Source: Trypanosoma brucei (lineage: Eukaryota). Taken from it: a stretch of 64,000 nucleotides of DNA. Positions within the stretch are counted from its first letter, which is position 1, and each line of letters opens with the position of its first letter. This document shows positions 61,512-64,000 of the stretch, in pieces. Both the position numbers and the translations under genes were made by a program. The notes below the pieces were generated by a model. It was not told where the DNA came from and did no database searches. It was given only the letters and a program-made list of their open reading frames with translations. The DNA lies in the NCBI GenBank assembly GCA_000002445.1, contig CH464491.1, positions 2,688,001 through 2,752,000 on the forward strand. Reading direction: 5' to 3'.

Positions 61512-62080
61512 CTTTGTTTGGCTCGTCGTTACGCGAGGTATGCAACCCTGTGAACAGGAACAGGGGGAATACGTTGATTTCTGCTTTTCGGCTTGTCGTT
61601 TCAGTTTCAATCATTAACTTTCTCATTGGTTGGGTGACGTATTTGATCCTCCCTCGCTCTCGCTCAGCACCCCATTCTCAATATAATCTGGGCCGCAGTA
61701 AAACTTGTTTCTTCGGTTACTTTCATCCACCTTTCCCCAGCGCCTTCTACGTTTGTTTTCCAGGCACGGAGGCGTTTTGAGTGCTTCGCCACCCATTGTG
61801 TCCTATTCGTTTATTCCGGCAGTGCTCACCACCTTGTGCACGATTTCATGCTTAGACGAGTCAACTAGACGGAGGAGCTAGTTCCTGCAGGAAAGGGGTG
61901 TAAGTGGGTGATCTGAAGCATTGGCACATCAGTTTTGCTAGGTACAAAGTGCTTCCACCTGTTTTGCATTCAGTTTTTTACTGCCTACTGCCTCGCGCAC
62001 CTTCCTTTCCCCTTAATAGTCTTGTGCTGTTTTTTAAAAAAATTCGATAGCGCTTGGCATCGCCCGTAGAGGTAGAAAAG

Positions 62081-62716
62081 ATGCCACGCCACCACACGTT
62101 GCCTGTGGGCTTTCGCGGGTCACGGCACTCCGACAGTTGGACGGTGGGATTCTGCAGCAACGAGCGCGACCGCTTACACCACGACGTTGGTGCCACAGAG
62201 GAAGTTGGCACTGTGTGTCAGAGGCCTGAGCAACCGCCCAATCGAAAGCCGTTGTGGCGCAACCAAGCAGGACACCGTCGGTGCCGCTCGAGTAACAGCT
62301 ACAGCCCCGGTTGTCATCCCGTTTCCTCCACTGGTGTCCAACTGTTTTCAACTTTCTTCACAACACCACGGGAGGCGTTAAGGGTTCTGGAGCAATACGT
62401 TCCCTCACAACAGCCACAACAGCGCCGCAAGCGCACAATCAGGGGGCAGCGCCCGGTTTTTGCAGGGACCACCAAGCAGTTGAAATGTGACGATCCCCGC
62501 GTTTGGAGAACTAGCGAGGATACAGAAGCGCAGCGATTGGAGGGGGAGTTGGTACAATTACTGAACACGGCGCGCTTACTCTGCTCCTCACTGCGACAAA
62601 CCACTGCTGCGGTCACTAGTGTCCGAGCGGGTGTACATGTTCTTGTGAGGCAGAGTCGGAGTCTTACCCTTTGGATTTCGCCACTATCATTCCTCGCAGC
62701 TACTCGCGAATTTTAG
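62081..62716 (+). CDS. hypothetical basic protein
   Basis: ORF-track start 62054 is TTG; first ATG 62081; 211 aa on coding strand; no domain recognised. Confidence 0.3.
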   Translation: MPRHHTLPVGFRGSRHSDSWTVGFCSNERDRLHHDVGATEEVGTVCQRPEQPPNRKPLWRNQAGHRRCRSSNSYSPGCHPVSSTGVQLFSTFFTTPREALRVLEQYVPSQQPQQRRKRTIRGQRPVFAGTTKQLKCDDPRVWRTSEDTEAQRLEGELVQLLNTARLLCSSLRQTTAAVTSVRAGVHVLVRQSRSLTLWISPLSFLAATREF

Positions 62717-63305
62717 GTGTGGTTTTTCATCTAAACAAGTAAGTTCACTACTCAACTGAAGACAACGGTCTGTAAATATGTGGTGTGCCCACCGCAGACC
62801 TTGTATAGGTACGGTACATCAAATACAACGAACTCAAGTTTACTTTTTGGTTTCTTTCTTTACAGGATTGTTCACATACACGTTGAGGAAAAGGCCCTCT
62901 GGTTATTCCTCTAACTTTTTTTTTCAATTCAACCCATAGTATGTTGATTCCACAATCATTGTCTATCCCTTTTGTATGTTTGTATATTTTTAAGTGTTTG
63001 CGTGTGGCTTTTTCCTTACCGCGGTTTGTAGACTTGTTGCAGTGGTTATGGACCTGTGCTGTTGACGAGCCTGACGCTTTTAACTTTCTCATTCTCTGAA
63101 ACTGTGTAACTATTTTACTGTTTCCACAATTCTAACCTGTGTAAGCTCATCCTATAGGGACTTTTTCCTTAAATACCACTCACTGGAAGGTATCTAAAGG
63201 CGTAGGGACACAGGTGCGTCTTTTCAGTCATTTCGTGCACCAACGTAGAAGAGGGGGGAGGCACCTGAGGAGTGCATTTGCAACTGTTGCAAACCGCGAC
63301 CAACG

Positions 63306-64000
63306 ATGCGAGTTAAGCGGAAGAACGCAGCAGCCGAAGGTGAAAAGGCCGAAGCAGCGCGACAGGCGGAGTTGCGCAGGTATGAAGAAGAGCAGGAGCG
63401 CCTCTACAAACTGGAGCTTGCCGCCCGTGAGGCACTCGAAGAAGAATGGACCCGTGCAATGGAGGCGCATCGGCAGCGGGAGATGGAGCTGCAGCGCGCC
63501 ATAACAGAGAGGGAACTGCGGCGTGGCTTTGAAGAACGCGAAAAGAAACTAACTGACGAACTGCACGGCAAGGAGGTAGAGGTGCTGGAACTGCGGGCGA
63601 AACTCTGCGGACTACAGCAGGGCCTTACGACCATCCAGCAGGAGCGCGAATCGGTGATGCGTCGCCTGTCTATGGTTAGCAATGAGCTCGAACTGGCGCA
63701 GATCAAGTACGTGGAATGTGACTCACTTGTAGAGAAGACTACTAATGAGTACAGCGAAAAGCTGCGGGAGGTGGAGCGGGCACGCGACTCTCTCATGGAG
63801 GACCACCAACAACTCCGTGCAGAAAACGAACGACAAAAGCGAGCGTATGAAGATCTGGAAAATCAGTTCAACGAAGCCAAATCAACGTACTTAGCGAAGG
63901 TTGATGAGCGGCTCGAAACCGTTGAGCCCCAAAGTGCCGATGCAGAGACTGCTCTGCTTCTGAAGGTGCTCAATGAAGAGGTAGAAAAACACCGCGAAAC
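63306..64000 (+). CDS. coiled-coil protein, 5' partial (continues beyond window)
   Basis: ATG at 63306 opens a frame with no stop to the window end; highly charged heptad-rich sequence (ELRRYEEEQERLYKLELAAREALEEEW...); not listed in ORF track because it lacks a stop. Confidence 0.5.
   Translation, partial: MRVKRKNAAAEGEKAEAARQAELRRYEEEQERLYKLELAAREALEEEWTRAMEAHRQREMELQRAITERELRRGFEEREKKLTDELHGKEVEVLELRAKLCGLQQGLTTIQQERESVMRRLSMVSNELELAQIKYVECDSLVEKTTNEYSEKLREVERARDSLMEDHQQLRAENERQKRAYEDLENQFNEAKSTYLAKVDERLETVEPQSADAETALLLKVLNEEVEKHRE

Overview
This window is kinetoplastid, most likely an African trypanosome such as the Trypanosoma brucei group. It is a nuclear chromosome-internal region, not prokaryotic. 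All ~27 credible protein-coding genes lie on the + strand, so the whole 64 kb appears to be one directional polycistronic transcription unit with no strand-switch region. Coding stretches (~50-55% GC) are separated by low-complexity intergenic DNA: polypyrimidine tracts upstream of ATGs (trans-splicing acceptor signals), purine-rich stretches, and many (TA)n/(TG)n/(CT)n microsatellites. Several ORF-track starts are TTG/GTG codons, so I moved gene starts to the first in-frame ATG or, where recognisable, to the homology-supported start.

Genes recognised from sequence motifs:
- GOSR1/GOS28-type Qb-SNARE
- M14 cytosolic carboxypeptidase (CCP/Nna1-like)
- NASP/SHNi-TPR-like histone chaperone candidate
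- TatD-family hydrolase
- RCC1-repeat protein
- PGAM5-like histidine phosphatase
- IQ-motif protein
- GH31 alpha-glucosidase-like type II membrane protein
- cornichon homolog
- Rpa12/Rpc11-type RNA polymerase zinc-ribbon subunit
- ALG7/DPAGT1 GlcNAc-1-P transferase
- GINS Psf2
- arrestin-domain protein
- Utp21/WDR36 small-subunit processome WD40 protein
- COQ5/UbiE methyltransferase
- a 1260-aa Polo-like kinase carrying an internal ZZ zinc finger and a cryptic polo-box-like C-terminus
- plus about ten hypothetical proteins

The most interesting non-coding feature is a tandem array of ~822 bp units (2 full copies plus a partial third, 14557-16259) between the RCC1 gene and the PGAM5-like gene. 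It carries canonical C/D-box snoRNA signatures (C, D', C', D) and a hairpin plus AGA (H/ACA-like) element. This looks like an unannotated snoRNA gene cluster of the trypanosomatid type. Degenerate C-box-like relics continue to ~16560.

I did not find CRISPR arrays, tRNAs, rRNAs, transposons or retroposons.
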